A DNA stretch of 64,000 nucleotides from Octopus vulgaris (GCA_951406725.2 OX597831.1:11222001-11286000); one strand, 5' to 3'. Numbered from the stretch's first letter, positions 1-15,059 are shown. The notes: generated by a model not told the origin, from the letters alone. Program-made: numbers and translations.

Positions 1-1503
1 CTCATTGTCTTTCGTTTTATTTATTTATTTACTTATTTATTTATTTATTTATTTATTTATTAAGGCGGCGGGTTTGACAGAAAACGGCAGAGTATAGAAT
101 TAAATGCTTTACTTATTTAGTTTTCGACCCCTCATTTTATGATTCCAGTTCAAATCCCGACGGAATCGATTTAGCAGTTTAACCTTCCAGGGTCATTTTA
201 ATCGTTTTCACATTATCTGATTATCGTTGCTATTGTCATTTTAGCAGTTATTATTGTTGTTGTATCCTAATGCAACTCTGATCAGCAAACTTATCATGAA
301 AGCGATTCCCACCGTGACTACCACTTTGAAAAATACAAGGTGCGGTAAAACTACCTCCCATTTACCATTTTTGATAAACGTTCAAAACGCTGATGATGAT
401 TCTGAACAATATGGTAAACCATTCGCTACATGAAGACTCCATTGTCATTAACCTAGCTTCATTAGTGCCACGCTAATAGCTGTATAAAATATGGAAGGTT
501 TTTCTGCTGCACCCAAATCATAAGGCAGGGAAATTTAATGGCAGAGTACATGTATAAACTTCCTGCATTATGAGTTGAAATGTTCCACCCTGTTTTTGTA
601 TATCTCTCCACCCTGAAGACGGAGGCCAGACTACCCAATGTTTATGTTTCCCTTATCGGTTGCATATTTTTGGGGACTACATATGCCAATATTATCAAGT
701 AAGTCTGAACCCCCAGAAACAGCTATCGGACATGTAACACCACACCGTCTCCCCTTTAATTTTGTGTGTCCTTGTATTATGTGTAAGATTGCGCAGCTAA
801 TATATAAAAATCTATATATTTATACTTGAATATTACACGTCTGAAAATTTTCCGTCTTTGTTTTCTCTCTATTTACATGTAGGACCCGTATGTATATTTT
901 ATATATGTGTGTATATAAACGCGCGCGCATGTGTGTCTTACGTTTCGAGCTCAAATTCCCATCAGAATATCGCCTTTGCTTGGGGTGTATTTTTAAATAC
1001 TTTTTGATCAATCCTGATCGGTAGTACGAACTCCTTTAAAATTTGTACTCCTGTCGAAGTAAGAAATTGATGTAGCTTATTTGGAAACATCGCTTCGTTG
1101 TCAATCTTGTTGTTATTGACTGATTTTAGGTCCGCCGTAATCCAGCCGCCCACTGAGGTAAAAAGCATTCCATACTTGTATCCTTAAAACTGTAGATGAC
1201 ACTTATCCAAAATGTCGTGCAGTGAAACTGAACCGGAGGTCATGTGGTTGCAAACGGAACGTTTTAACCACGCAACCACGAGTCTTTAATGAAAATCCAA
1301 AACAATTTCCGCTGGAAAAAATGTTGGTCCTAACATTGGGGTGAGTCTGAGTGGGTTTGTAAATAAGCTATGAAGAAACCAGAATCGTAGAAGTCATGTA
1401 CTCGATGCAAATTTTGTTATCCTTTGTCAAGCAGGTAAGAGGTTTTAAACAGGAGCGATCTATAGAAAATTGTTAAAACTAAAAATTGTCGAGGATAAAT
1501 TAA

Positions 1504-1911
1504 GTTTGACCGGCAGTTTTTAAAATAATTTCCACGTAACTAAACACTTTTAAACTTTGTATACTGGTAGAATGTGTTTTTTCTCTTGGTTTTATTGAGA
1601 AAATTCTATAGTTTGTAAAATATTTGTTGCTTTTTTCTTCAATTTTTGCAATTTCAACCAATCAATGACGTCTATTGAGGTGAAAACATTTTGTGTCGTA
1701 TGAATATCTCCCTCGTTTAAGAAACAGATTGGGTTTATTTACATTTGTGAAGAAAAAAAGATACCCCTAACCCTAACCCTAACTAACCCTAACTCTAACC
1801 CTAACCCTAAAACAGATTGAAATGCAATAGATCGATACTAGGGTCATAATTATGGGTGACAATTTCATATGACACCGCTAGAAAAAACTGCCGTTCAAAC
1901 CGAAAAGATCC
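1504..1911. mobile_element. TIR element carrying an internal (CCCTAA)n telomeric tract (1765-1809)
   Basis: GTTTGACCGGCAGTTTTT versus AAAAACTGCCGTTCAAAC inverted match; ~7 CCCTAA-like units inside. Confidence 0.65.
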
Positions 1912-2544
1912 ATTAAATTTATTATTGCTGTTGAATATGTTAGTGATATTTAATCTCTGAAGGTTTTGCTGCCGTTCGTTTATATGGTTTGATTTCTTTA
2001 TCCATCAGTTTTTACTAAGATAGAGAGACGCGAGTAAAATTAATAAGAGAGAACCGAACATAAAACTTTGGAAACAGCAACGCCGCCATAATTTACGTAG
2101 AAACCATGAGCGTGGAAACCGGAAGCGTTACTAACGACACCAGGAGGACAAAATGTGAACAAATCTCCGCTGGGATATTTGATGTCTATGTCTTTTTTTT
2201 TTCTTGTACTTCTTTTAGTTGCTGGACTGCGGCCATGCTGGGGCATCGCTTTCTAAAATAAATTAATTGTATCGAGATGGATTTAAGGTGACAAACGTTT
2301 AAATTTTGACTATAGTGGTCTGCTTTGCCAACTGAGATGCCCTGAGATTTAATTCCCTAATGCTCGGCCCTAGAAATTTCGAGAACTTTGTGATAAGTAA
2401 GCATAGAAAAAATAATTAATGTGTAAATAGATTTTTCTTTATTCCTTAATTTCAAATTCTAATCCCACCAAATATCATGAAGAAATGATTATCTCCCTTG
2501 TATCAACTATCCGCTTGGGGACAACATGCCTCTAAATGTTGTTA

Positions 2545-2945
2545 CTAATTTAGGCACAAGGCCAGCAATTTCGTAGGAGAGAGGTTTAGTCTGTTGAATC
2601 CCTTCTACGATAGGCACAAGGCCTGAAGTTTTGAGGGAAGTGGACTAGTCGATGACATCGACCCAGTACACAACTGGTACTTAATTTATCGACCTTGAAA
2701 GAATGACAGGGAAAATCGACCTCAGCGGAATCGTTTCTACTATTAGCGGAAGTTCTGGAATTTTTCAGGAAGAGGAACTCAATTATATCGATCTCAGTAC
2801 ATGACTGGTACTTATTTCACCGACCCCGTAGGACTGAAAGTCAAAGTTGACCCTAGCGTGGATTGATCTCAGGAACTAAAAAGTTGGAAGAAATACCGCT
2901 CGACATTTCGTCCAACGCCTTAGCGATTCAGCCAGCTCGTCGCCA
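2545..2945 (-). mobile_element. Tandem partial family A SINE copies
   Basis: Repeated ggcacaaggcc...ctggtactt..atttatcgacc; head gccagctcgtcgcc at the right end. Confidence 0.75.
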
Positions 2946-3856
2946 TATTAAGTTTCTTTAGGCATGTTAATACTAACCATCCGATTTGCGGTTGGTTAGT
3001 ACGTCACGTGTTGTTTATTCTCTGGCTGGTATAGAATAATAGTCACGTGACACAGATCTCTGTTCGATTAGCCGATACACGCCACCCCACACGCTTTTAC
3101 TTTCATGATACCCTGCGCACATTGGAATTGGTCTGTATGGAAGATCTGAGCGGCTCCTATTGTTAAGCACATGAAATGGTATATATTTACCATTATATAT
3201 ATATATGCATTCGTGCATACTTACATATATATACATACACACATATATACGCCCGCACGCATTTATCTACATACATATGTATATTGTCCAATTCACATAT
3301 CTATATCTTTATCTATCTATATATGTATATGCACACACATACTTACATACAAATACACATATATGCAATGTTGTATATATACACATACATGCACACATAT
3401 ATACATACACACATAATATAAATATACACGCATACAAAGATATACACACACGCGCGCACGCGTTCATCGTGTATTTGTGTATGCGTGTATCTGGAGGGGG
3501 GAGAGAAGGAGATAGGGAGAGATAGGGAGAGAGAGAGGGAGAGAGAGGGGAGGAGAGATATTGAACAGCGCAGGTTGAAGAAGTGCATCGAACAGAGTTC
3601 AATATGGGAAATGCTGGTGGTGGTGGTGGTGAGTTGGGTAGGGTGTAGCCAGGGTGGAACGCTGCGTAAGGTAGAGTCGCCTGCCTGCAGAGATAGATAT
3701 GGCAGAAAACACGTGACACACGGCCATTTCGGGAAAGACGGACCTTTGGGATTTTAACAAAATGATCACTGATGAGTCTAACGTTGACCGTTTACAAAAA
3801 AAGACAGACAGAACGTGTGTGTGTGTGGGTGTGTGTGGAGAGAGAGAGAGAAGAGC

Positions 3857-3887
<31 letters not shown>

Positions 3888-4039
3888 AGGGGGTGAACTA
3901 ATGACAATGGTATTTTGTTGTGTTCTTGTTCTTGTTGCTGTTGTTCATTCTACTTAATTGCTATTTTATTTTCCATAAAATTCATGACCGCACAGGAATA
4001 GAGAAAAAAGAGGAGGAAGAAACGATGATGATGATGATA

Positions 4040-4094
<55 letters not shown>

Positions 4095-4135
4095 CAATGA
4101 GGATGGTGGTGGTGGTGGTGGTGGTGTTGTTGTTG

Positions 4136-4167
<32 letters not shown>

Positions 4168-4487
4168 GGTGGTGGTGGTGGTGGTGATGACGAGGAAAAG
4201 GTTGAGGAGGAGAAGGAGAAAGAGGAGGAGGAGAGGTGGAGGTGGAGGAGGAGGTGGACCAGTTACGAAAGCAGGAGGAGGATGTTGATAATGTTGATGA
4301 CGATAATGACGCTGATGATGATGTTGATGGCATGGTTCTATCTACTTAAATCTCTTTTTCTGTGCCTGTAACTTGGTCTCTCCCAATTCCTCTCTCTCCC
4401 ATTCTGAACATACTCTATATACATGCGTACATATGTGTGTGTGTGTGTATGCTGGTGTGTGTACATACATACATACATACTTATATA

Positions 4488-4690
4488 CATAAAGTTAATC
4501 CAAACAAGAAAGCACAAAAAAACACAACAACGCAAGGACGTGGAACAAATATAGTATTATTGGACGCTCAGTAAAGAAGGAAAGAAGGAGGGTTTAACGT
4601 TTCGAGCGGAGCTCTTCGTCGGAAACATAGGAGAAGGGAAGACAGAGGAAAAAATCGCCAACGGTACACACGAGGTCACATTTTGAATAC
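4488..4690 (-). mobile_element. Penelope-like terminal fragment with variant hammerhead (4592-4626)
   Basis: Minus: GTTT-CCGACGA-A-GAGC-TCC-GCTC-GAAA-CG-TT-AAAC; homologous to 41972-42172; between TA/CA microsatellites. Confidence 0.6.
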
Positions 4691-4768
4691 ATACATATAT
4701 ACATATACATACATATATATATATATACTTACATACGTATATACATATATACATATATAGTTTTATGG

Positions 4769-4811
<43 letters not shown>

Positions 4812-4812
<1 letters not shown>

Positions 4813-4988
4813 TTCAAATTTACAGAAAATAAAAGGCCAAGACAGGTTAGGGAACAACAAGCAGATATATTTGTTTAACGGTAGGGAAGAATGGAAAAGT
4901 CTTAGACGTTTCGAGCCAAGCACCCTTCGACAGAAAGTGTTGAGAGGGAAAAATGGAGAGAGAACAAAAGAAAAAAAAACGGAGTGAA
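4812..4988 (-). mobile_element. Penelope-like terminal fragment with variant hammerhead (4901-4937)
   Basis: Minus: CTTT-CTGTCGA-A-GGGT..GCTC-GAAA-CG-TC-TAAG; related to 33065-33285. Confidence 0.5.
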
Positions 4989-5011
4989 TATATATTCTTT
5001 TCTTCTTAAAA

Positions 5012-5179
5012 TTGTTTCAGTAATTTGACTGCGGCCATGCTGGGGCACCGCCCCCAGGACTTTTTGTAAGCCTAGTACTTATTCTATCGTTCTCTTTGCC
5101 GAACCGCTAAGTTACGGGGACATAAACACACCAGCATCGGTTGTCAAGCGATGGTGGGGGGACAAACACAGACACACAA

Positions 5180-5262
<83 letters not shown>

Positions 5263-5283
5263 ACGGGCTTCGTTCAGTTTCCG
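5012..5283 (-). mobile_element. 3' half of a family B SINE
   Basis: gactgcggccatgctggggcaccgcc...gaaccgctaagttacgggga...(CA)n(TA)n..gggcttcgttcagtttcc. Confidence 0.8.
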
Positions 5284-5782
5284 AAAGAAAGCCACGAACG
5301 ACCCGTCTATTTTTGGTTGTCCTAACTGTTGTTTCTCTTGTCCGTCTTTGTATTGTCTATCTGTCCAAATGTTTTAATGTCCTCTATTGCGTTTTTGCCC
5401 GATATATATATATTTATATATATATATGACAACTATGCGTTTCCTCGCATAGTCGTAGCTTTCGAATGATGTCACTTTGTTGGCCAGACAAGATGGTCAA
5501 CATTCCCCAAATGCCAAGTTATCCATTTACTGCTGAATGGATTCGACGAACTCCCAAACACAACGGACCGACATTTTAGGTATGGAAACCACGATCTTCA
5601 CATAGGTGCGTATACGTGAACGCGCTTTTTCGGATTCGTCCAACAAACGCCTACAGGTTTTTCTCGTTCGGTACGGTTTTGAGCCCCATTATATGAATTC
5701 GGGGTCTTGCGTCTGTGACAGAAATCAACCCTCACAAATGCTGATGGGCGCTGGGGTGGTGATGTTGATGGCAATGCTGGTG

Positions 5783-6725
<943 letters not shown>

Positions 6726-7399
6726 ATGACGGTAACGATGATGACAACGGCGACAACGCTGCAGATGATGACAATGAGGGCGATGGTGGTGGTGGTGGTG
6801 GTGGTGGTGGTGGTGGCGGTGGTGGGGATTTGCAATAGTTAGAAGTGAGGATGCTGCTGATGCGGATGCTTATGCCTCAAAGACTTGTGTTACGAGTGGT
6901 GGCAGTGGTGGTGGTGGTGGTGGCAGTGGTGGCGGTGGTGGTGGTGGTGATGGCGGTGACGTGAGGGCGGTGACTGCAGCGGCGGTGGCGTTGGTGGCGG
7001 TAAAAAGCAGCGGTAGTATTTCTGCTGGTGGTTAAAAGCTGGTTGTGGTTACATCGTGGCGAGGAGACTGCAATGACTGGAGAATGTTCCAGAGATAAGG
7101 GATCTGCAATAAGGTAACGGGTTGGGGTTAGGGATTAGGGGTTAGCGTAGTTTGTAAGGAGTCGGCCATTAGAATATACAACAGGATCCTATGGATAATG
7201 GGAGAGGGGTCGTATCATAAAGGGATGATGATGACGATATCGATGATGGTGATGGTGATGATGAAACAGATGATGATGATGATGATGGCTGGGGAGATGA
7301 TAATGGTGATGATGACGATGATAATGAATACAACGATGACGACGACGATGATGGTGGTGGTGATGGTTGCGAAAACATTTCTGGCCTAGTGTTGTAGTT

Positions 7400-7945
7400 G
7401 TTGTTGTTAATGATGATGATGATGATATTTGTGGTGGCGGTGGTGGTGGTGATGATGATGATAATGATGATGATGATGATGTTGGTGATGGTGATGGTGA
7501 TGGTGATGATGATGATGATATTGGTGGTGGTGTTGTTGTTGTTGGTGGTGGTGGTGGTGGTGATGATGATGATGATGATGATGATGATGTTGGTGATGGT
7601 GATGGTGATGGTGATGATGATGATGATATTGGTGGTGGTGTTGTTGTTGTTGGTGGTGGTGGTGGTGATGATGATGATGATGATGATGATGTTGGTGATG
7701 GTGATGGTGATGGTGATGGTGATGATGATATTAGTGGTGGTGTTGTTGGTGGTGGTGGTGATGATGATGATGATGATGATGATGTTGGTGATGGTGATGA
7801 TGATGATGATGATGATGATGATATCGGTGGTGGTGTTGGTGGTGGTGGTGGTGATGATGATGATGATGATGATGATGATGTTGGTGATGGTGATGGTGAT
7901 GATGATGATGATGATGATGATGGTTATGTTGATGATGATGACGGT
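7400..7945 (+). repeat. GAT/GGT/GTT compound minisatellite, ~5 units of ~95-110 bp
   Basis: Repeated gttggtgatggtgat..gatatt/atc-ggtggtggtgtt blocks. Confidence 0.85.
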
Positions 7946-8289
7946 GATCTTAGATGGCGGTGGCGGTGGTGGCGACGGGAACGCCGACTGGAGTGTAGTG
8001 TGAGTCGAGTTGTGGCTTGTTATGACTGATTAATAAAAGTAAACATAAACGTGTGAGGGTGCAGGGGGAGGGGAGGGGGTTCTAGAGGGGGGCGGGCGGG
8101 TGATAAGGTGGAGGGGTGGAGGCCGCAGTTTTGTTGCTGGACGGGTGTGTGTGTGGGTGGGGGGGGGCAAGGTGACATTCTGCACGGCACTACGCCGCCA
8201 TGGTTAATAAGTGAAACACGAACCAAACATTATTGACAAGACAATGTACGACGAGAGGAAGGGAAAAAGGTTAAGGGGGAGGAATCGGT

Positions 8290-9380
8290 TGGAGGTGGAG
8301 GTGGAAGCGGTGGTGGTGTAGTGGTGGTGGTGGTAGTGAGGACGGTGGTGGTGGTGGTGGTGATGGTGGCGATGGTGGTAGAGAATGATTTTTGCAGTTG
8401 TTGTTGTTCGTGGTGGTGATAGTGGTGGTGGTGGTGGTGGTGGTGGTGGTGGTGGTGGTAATGGTGGTGGTGGTGGTGGCGATGGTGGTCGTAGTGGTTG
8501 TGGTAGTGGTGGTGATAATAGTGGTGGTGGTAGTGGTGGTGGTGGTGGTGGTGGTGGTAGGTGGTGGTAGTGGTGGTGGTGGTAGTGGTGGTAGTGGCGG
8601 TGGTGGTAGTGGTGTAGTAGTGGTGGTAGTGGTGGTAGTGGTGGTGGTGGTGGTGCGATTGATGATATTGTTGCTGGTGGTGATGGCAATGTTTGTGGTG
8701 GTGGTAGTGTTGGTGTCAGTGGTGGAATGGTTACGCCGGTGATGGTAGTGTTGTTGGTCCTAGTAGTGGTGCTAGTGGCAGTGCCGGTAGTTGTTAGTGG
8801 TGACGCAGCGGAGCAGTGACGCAGGCGTCGATGGTCGTGGCGTTGAATGGCGGCGGTGATGGAGGTCAATGATGGTGGTGATGGTGCCGGCTATGTTAGG
8901 TGTTGTAGTGATGATGACTGTGAGGATGGTGTTGTTGTTGGTGTTTTTGGTGCTGGTGCTGGTGATAGCGATAGTAATGATGTTGATGTTGATGCTGATG
9001 GTGTTGGTGATGGTGTCGTTGGTGGTGACCAGTGGTCATCTGGTTTTGGCTGAAGAGATTGTTAATGCAATAATCGGGTCTTCTTCGTGATGGCCATACT
9101 GGTGGAGGGTCGGGAAGTGTTTAAAGAAGTTAATTGAGTAGTACGGTGGCGGCGGCAGGAATGGTGGTGGTGGTGATGATGGCGGCGGCGGCGGCGACAG
9201 CGGTGGTAGTAGTGGTGGTGGCGGAGGAGGGGAGTAAGATGTACAGCAGAAGCTGTGTAATTAATATTGGTGGTATATAAGGTGAGAGATAACGCCAAAT
9301 CGTTAACAGCGCCGAGGCGGTTACGGTGGGGGTGGCGAGGGGTGGTGGTAGCGAGGGTGGTGGTGGTGGTGGTGGTTAAA
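8290..9380 (+). repeat. Degenerate (GGT/GAT/AGT)n low-complexity tract
   Basis: Direct reading; similar tract at 39870-40600. Confidence 0.85.
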
Positions 9381-9479
9381 GTTGGTGCTGTGTTATATCT
9401 GTGTAGTAGATTATTTAAATGAACGGAGGATGAAGGATGATCTTAAACACACACGCACAAATATTTATATATATTCATA

Positions 9480-9523
<44 letters not shown>

Positions 9524-9741
9524 GACACACACACACACACATATACATATATATATATAAATGTTGTCATTTTAGAAGTACATATGTTTATACAAGTGTC
9601 TCTACACATAGATACACACAGATATACATGTAAGTAAATATATGTATATGTGTGTGTGTATGCGTGTGTGTGTATGTATGTCTATATGTCAATATGTATA
9701 TATATATATGTGTGTGTGTATATATATATATATATGCATAT

Positions 9742-9853
<112 letters not shown>

Positions 9854-10384
9854 ATACATACATATATATACATGTGTGCGTGTACGTGTGAGCGCGTGCA
9901 TGTATAGCATCAATAATAGCAACGAAAGCAAACACCGCAAAACAATTCCAAGCTTATAACAAACAAAGTCGTCACGGGAACGAGATCAGAGCGGAATAAT
10001 ATATCGGTCACGGGTCGCCACACAACGCGATTCCAAAAGACGATGGTTGCCGTATTAGTGCGTCTGTTTCTGTTCAGTTTCCATTTCTTGCATATTTTCC
10101 GATTTCTAAAAATATTTTCCGTTTGGATAGAATTTGTGAATATAAATTTCAACACATACACACACAATCAAATTCCTCTGTAGTGCACAAAGAGATTCCT
10201 TCCCACCTAGTAGTCATACTGCTTTTAGTGCAGTTTATGTATATGTATAGAGTTTTGTGTTTACCTAGTTATTTATTTGCAGCTTAATTCTCAAGATCAA
10301 GCCAACGATCTAGGGACAGATGAAAAAAGTAACAAGAAATATATTCACTACCAGAATTCGAATGGAATACACAACTGTATTGTA

Positions 10385-10600
10385 CGAGAGCTGATGAGAA
10401 GTTTTTGGCTTTAAGGGTGTCGCGAAAGGTCTTGTTGGAAGACCAAACGTCCGATTTCTTTTACAGGACTAAGAATAACTGAAAGACCGCTGGATTAATT
10501 GTATGCATCTGAGAGGAGAATGTGTTTAATAAAATCATAATTAACTGGTCCTCTTGTATTGTCTTTTACCAAAAGCCAGGAACTTTTCCGCACTCCCTTC
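10385..10600. mobile_element. Degenerate mariner-type MITE
   Basis: TA-CGAGAGCTGATGAGAAGTTTTTGGCTTT ... AAAGCCAGGAACTTTTCCGCACTCCCTTC-TA imperfect TIRs. Confidence 0.6.
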
Positions 10601-10862
10601 TATATTGAGATGATTGCGTATTTCCGGCCTACAAGTCGTTTTTCTGGGGGAAATTTACAAAAAACAACAACAACAACAAAAAAAACGATAGGTTGACTTA
10701 GGTTAGTTGAGTTAGAGGTTAAATTAACCGTCTAAGAGGTAGAAGCATCCATTATACTACCGGTATATTACCTCTACATAACCATGGGCATAACATACGC
10801 AAATATATTCAGCTCATTAATTATAGGGAAAGACAAGGATAAACATGAGTTTATCAAGAATC

Positions 10863-11098
10863 TAAAGTTAAAGAAAACAGAAAATGGAGAAATATCGATG
10901 AACAACAATTGACTTACAATAATTATTATTTGTTAATTCAATCCATTTGGATTGCATCCCATCTAACAGCTGTTTCTGCTTCCAGTTTTTATGGTATTTT
11001 GCCACTGATATGCAAAAATATACAAAACTATTTATCATATTGATGTAAGTCAGTTGTTGTTCATCAGTATTTCTCTATTTTCTGTTTCCTTTAAATTT
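10863..11098. repeat. ~55-bp inverted repeat pair (10863-10918 / 11044-11098)
   Basis: aaagaaaacagaaaatggagaaatatcgatgaacaacaattgacttaca matches the reverse complement of the right arm. Confidence 0.8.
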
Positions 11099-11649
11099 CG
11101 ATAGGTTGACTAAAAGACAAAGAGGAATATGGAAGACAGAAAGTTCCATATGTTATGCAGAAGTACTTGGAATGCTTGTGACCATGTTTGAATGTCAACA
11201 CCACGGGTTTGAGCTATTTATCATGTCGATTTTAATGCCAGAAAATACGGTAACGTAGAGATATCTTTCGTGGACGACGTTTGTAGAACGTAATATTTTA
11301 ATCGATAAATATGTATCGAACGATAGCAACTTCGAAAATGAGGATCATGAGGGGCCCCCATCTCCTCGCTAGGATGATTTTAGACTTTCTAAACATTACT
11401 CCCATAATTCAAAGCACGGAATTTCCGCATCATAGTCAGCAATCAAGTTTTTGCTTTTTTTTTGTTTTTTGCTGTAATATACGCATACTCATACGCACAC
11501 ATACACACTAAGACACACACACATATGCACATATACACACACACACACATACGAACCTATATGAATATGTATGCACATATATACATGCATGAATATATGT
11601 ATATATATATATAATCACACACACACACATATATGTACATATATGTACA

Positions 11650-11682
<33 letters not shown>

Positions 11683-11690
11683 ATATATAA

Positions 11691-11749
<59 letters not shown>

Positions 11750-11933
11750 AACACACATATATGTGTGCGTGTGTACATGTATGTATGTACATATTATATA
11801 TTAATATATATGTATGCTAGAATTGTGTGTGCAACGATCCAAAAATGTTTCCGTGAACTCATTTAGATGACGTTCATAGAGACAATTGAATTATCTCCCC
11901 TTCGGTCAGACTGATAACATATACAAACACACA

Positions 11934-11983
<50 letters not shown>

Positions 11984-12416
11984 AACAGACACACAAACAA
12001 ATGCATACAAACAACACCACATAATACATACATACATACATACACATACGCATGTATCGACAACTTTGTACTTTGCTAATGGACGATATCTATTACCTCG
12101 TTTTAACGGATATACAAATGAGATAAATGATATCATCGTACACATTGTCTTTATCTTTTTATTTTTATTTATTGTTTCTGCTAATGAAGAGATCATTTAA
12201 TATATTTACCAAAATAGGGAGCGCAATAAATGGCCGGTTTTTATCTTTAGAATTTGTTTCCGTTGTTGCGTATGTTCTGCTCTGTATTAGAACTTAAATT
12301 ATCTTCATATCTATTTGAAGCGCGACATCAAACTACAAACTACTCACACACACACACGTACAGACACACACACACGTACAGACACACACACACGTACAGA
12401 CACACACATACGTACA

Positions 12417-12451
<35 letters not shown>

Positions 12452-12819
12452 ACAGACACACACACACATACAGACACACACATACGCACACACACACACA
12501 CGTACACACACACACACGTACACACACACACACACATACGCACATACACACACATACGCACACACACACACGTACACACGCACACACACACACACACACA
12601 CGTACACACACACACGCACACACACACACACACACAGATGTACGGACGAACACACACATATAGATACATGTATGCATACGTACACACATGAATACTCAGA
12701 CAAACATAGCCACAAACTTTAAGGATTATCAGCCGCTTGTTTCGTTCTTACGGCCGTTGTTGTTGTAGTTGTTGTTGTTATTGTTGTTGTTGTTGTTGGT
12801 GTTGGTGTTGGTGTTGTTG

Positions 12820-12851
<32 letters not shown>

Positions 12852-13401
12852 GGTGGTGGTGTTGTTGTTGTTGTTGGTGGTGGTGTTGGTGTTGTTGTTG
12901 TTGTTGTTGTTATTGTTGTTGTTGTTGTTGGTGTTGCTGTTGTTGTTGTTGTTGTTGCTAATAACGCTGCTAATGCGGAATATATGACGAGATCTATTGA
13001 GCTAGACTTAAACGCTCCGTTTCGCTCTTTCTTCCTTACTTTCTGTTCTCTTTCCTTTTTCTCTCTCTCTCTCTCTTTCTCACTTTCTCTTTCTCTCTCA
13101 CTTTCTTTTCCCTCTTCTGCTTCCTTCTTTTCTTTCATTCTTTTTCCTTATTTTCTTTCTCTCTTTCACTTCTTCGTTCTTTCTTTCTTTTTTTCTTTCT
13201 TTCATTCATTGTTTCTTTCTTCCTTTCCCTCATTCTTTTCTCCCTTCTCTATTGCCTCCATTCTTGCTCTCGTTCTTTCTTTCTTCCCTTCTTTTCTTCT
13301 TTCTTTCTTCCTCACTATCTTTCCTCTAATATTCTTTACATCTTTCTGTCCTTCTTTCTTTCTTTCCGTCTTTTTTCATTTTTCTTTTCTTTCTGTTCTT
13401 C

Positions 13402-13443
<42 letters not shown>

Positions 13444-13917
13444 GCCTTTCTTTCTTTCTTTCCTCTCCACTTCACTCGACACTGAAATCAATCTATATTC
13501 AAAAACCGATGCAACATAAATACCAGTAATATACTGTGCTTTTACCAAATAATGAAACAACCCACAATTCCACCTCTTAAAACAACGTTCAAATATTAAT
13601 TCAATTCACAATTTTGGATGATCAACCGACTTACAGGTTCCAAACCTGATCACCCCACCAAACAGATCATCACAGAAAAATACGCGGAGTTGTTTATTTT
13701 CTAAGCAATAAAAATATTATGTTGTATTGTCTTAATGTCTTATTACCTAACACACCCACAGGTTCGATTTCCACTCATGACTTATATTCTTTCCTCCAAA
13801 ATGTTCGTTGCCTTTTGCAACCTTATCAATGGATGTTGACTCTGTCCGTTCTAAAATAAAAGAATTCATTTGTATATTTTACTTCCTGTGGCCATGCTGT
13901 ACAAAGCCACACAACTC

Positions 13918-13919
<2 letters not shown>

Positions 13920-13998
<79 letters not shown>

Positions 13999-14234
13999 CA
14001 TCATTATTATTATTATTATTATCATTATTATTATTATTATTCAGGTCACTGCCTGGAATCGAACTCGAAATCTTGAGGTTAGTAACCCGCGCTCTTAACC
14101 ACTACGACTTATGCCCAGGTTCGACATTTCCCAGTGACACCTGATGAAGGCTGGAGGGTATATCAACCGAAATGTTGTGTTAACAACAAACAAGATGAGG
14201 ACAAATATCCGTCAAATGTAAATAACGTAAATAA
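13920..14234 (-). mobile_element. tRNA-headed element: (AAT)n, tRNA-like head on minus (14041-14113), then an inverted Penelope-like terminal segment with hammerhead on plus (14114-14234)
   Basis: A-box GTAGTGG and B-box GTTCGATTCC on minus; GACAC-CTGATGA-A-GGCTG..CAACC-GAAA-TG-TT-GTGTT at 14136-14181. Confidence 0.7.
14136..14181 (+). ncRNA. Minimal type I hammerhead ribozyme motif (Penelope-type, degenerate)
   Basis: Stem I GACAC/GTGTT, CUGAUGA core, stem II with one mismatch, GAAA, UU site; helix III palindrome apparently CpG-decayed. Confidence 0.6.
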
Positions 14235-14525
14235 AGCACGTTGCTGTTCCTGGCCGCTCAGCTGGCAGAAATGAATAGTACCTCTGTTTCAACGGCCCCT
14301 TCTTGTCTCATTCTGTCATGCTGAATATCCCTCACGACTACGTTAAGCGTACGCGTGTCTATTGAGTATGCAGCAGGCTGTTCGAGTTTATAGGAACCTT
14401 CGTCGTCGTCGCAACCGACGGAGTACCAGCTGGACACTTTCCGTTTGCTACTGATACACCTATGTGCTTTTTAGCTCTATACGTCTATACGAGATGCTTT
14501 CTCTTGACGAACACCCGCAGTATTG

Positions 14526-14667
<142 letters not shown>

Positions 14668-14676
14668 CAGATAGAT

Positions 14677-15059
14677 ATGTTTCTTTATTAGCCACACAAG
14701 GCTGCACACAGACGGGACAGATTACAAAGAAGAGCTTTTCTTTTTGGGGGAGAGAAAAAAAAAAGTTGGGTAGGTTTTCGATCAACAGGGGTCGCAAAAG
14801 GGAAAGAAGAATAAAAAAAATGAAAAGAAAAAAAACGATCAATAGGGATCATGTATTACAGTGTCATGATGTAAAATGTAAAGGGGGAAGCAGATAAGGT
14901 TTATCCGTGGAAAGAAAAGCCTACGGAAAGGACCACGGTAACCTCGGTCAATAACGTTACATGTTACCACATTTGTTTGCAAGTAGGTAACCCTCTGCTT
15001 TAAATTTTCCGGGTTCATAGGATTATGCTCAAGGTGGCTTCGTCATTCATACGTGCCAT

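Noticed and set aside
1765-1809. True telomere or chromosome fusion site
   Set aside because: Only ~7 imperfect units, lying inside a TIR element.
14041-14113. Candidate tRNA genes (also 47850, 48967, 52560)
   Set aside because: A/B boxes are present but there is no complete acceptor stem, and they continue into repeat bodies; these are SINE heads.
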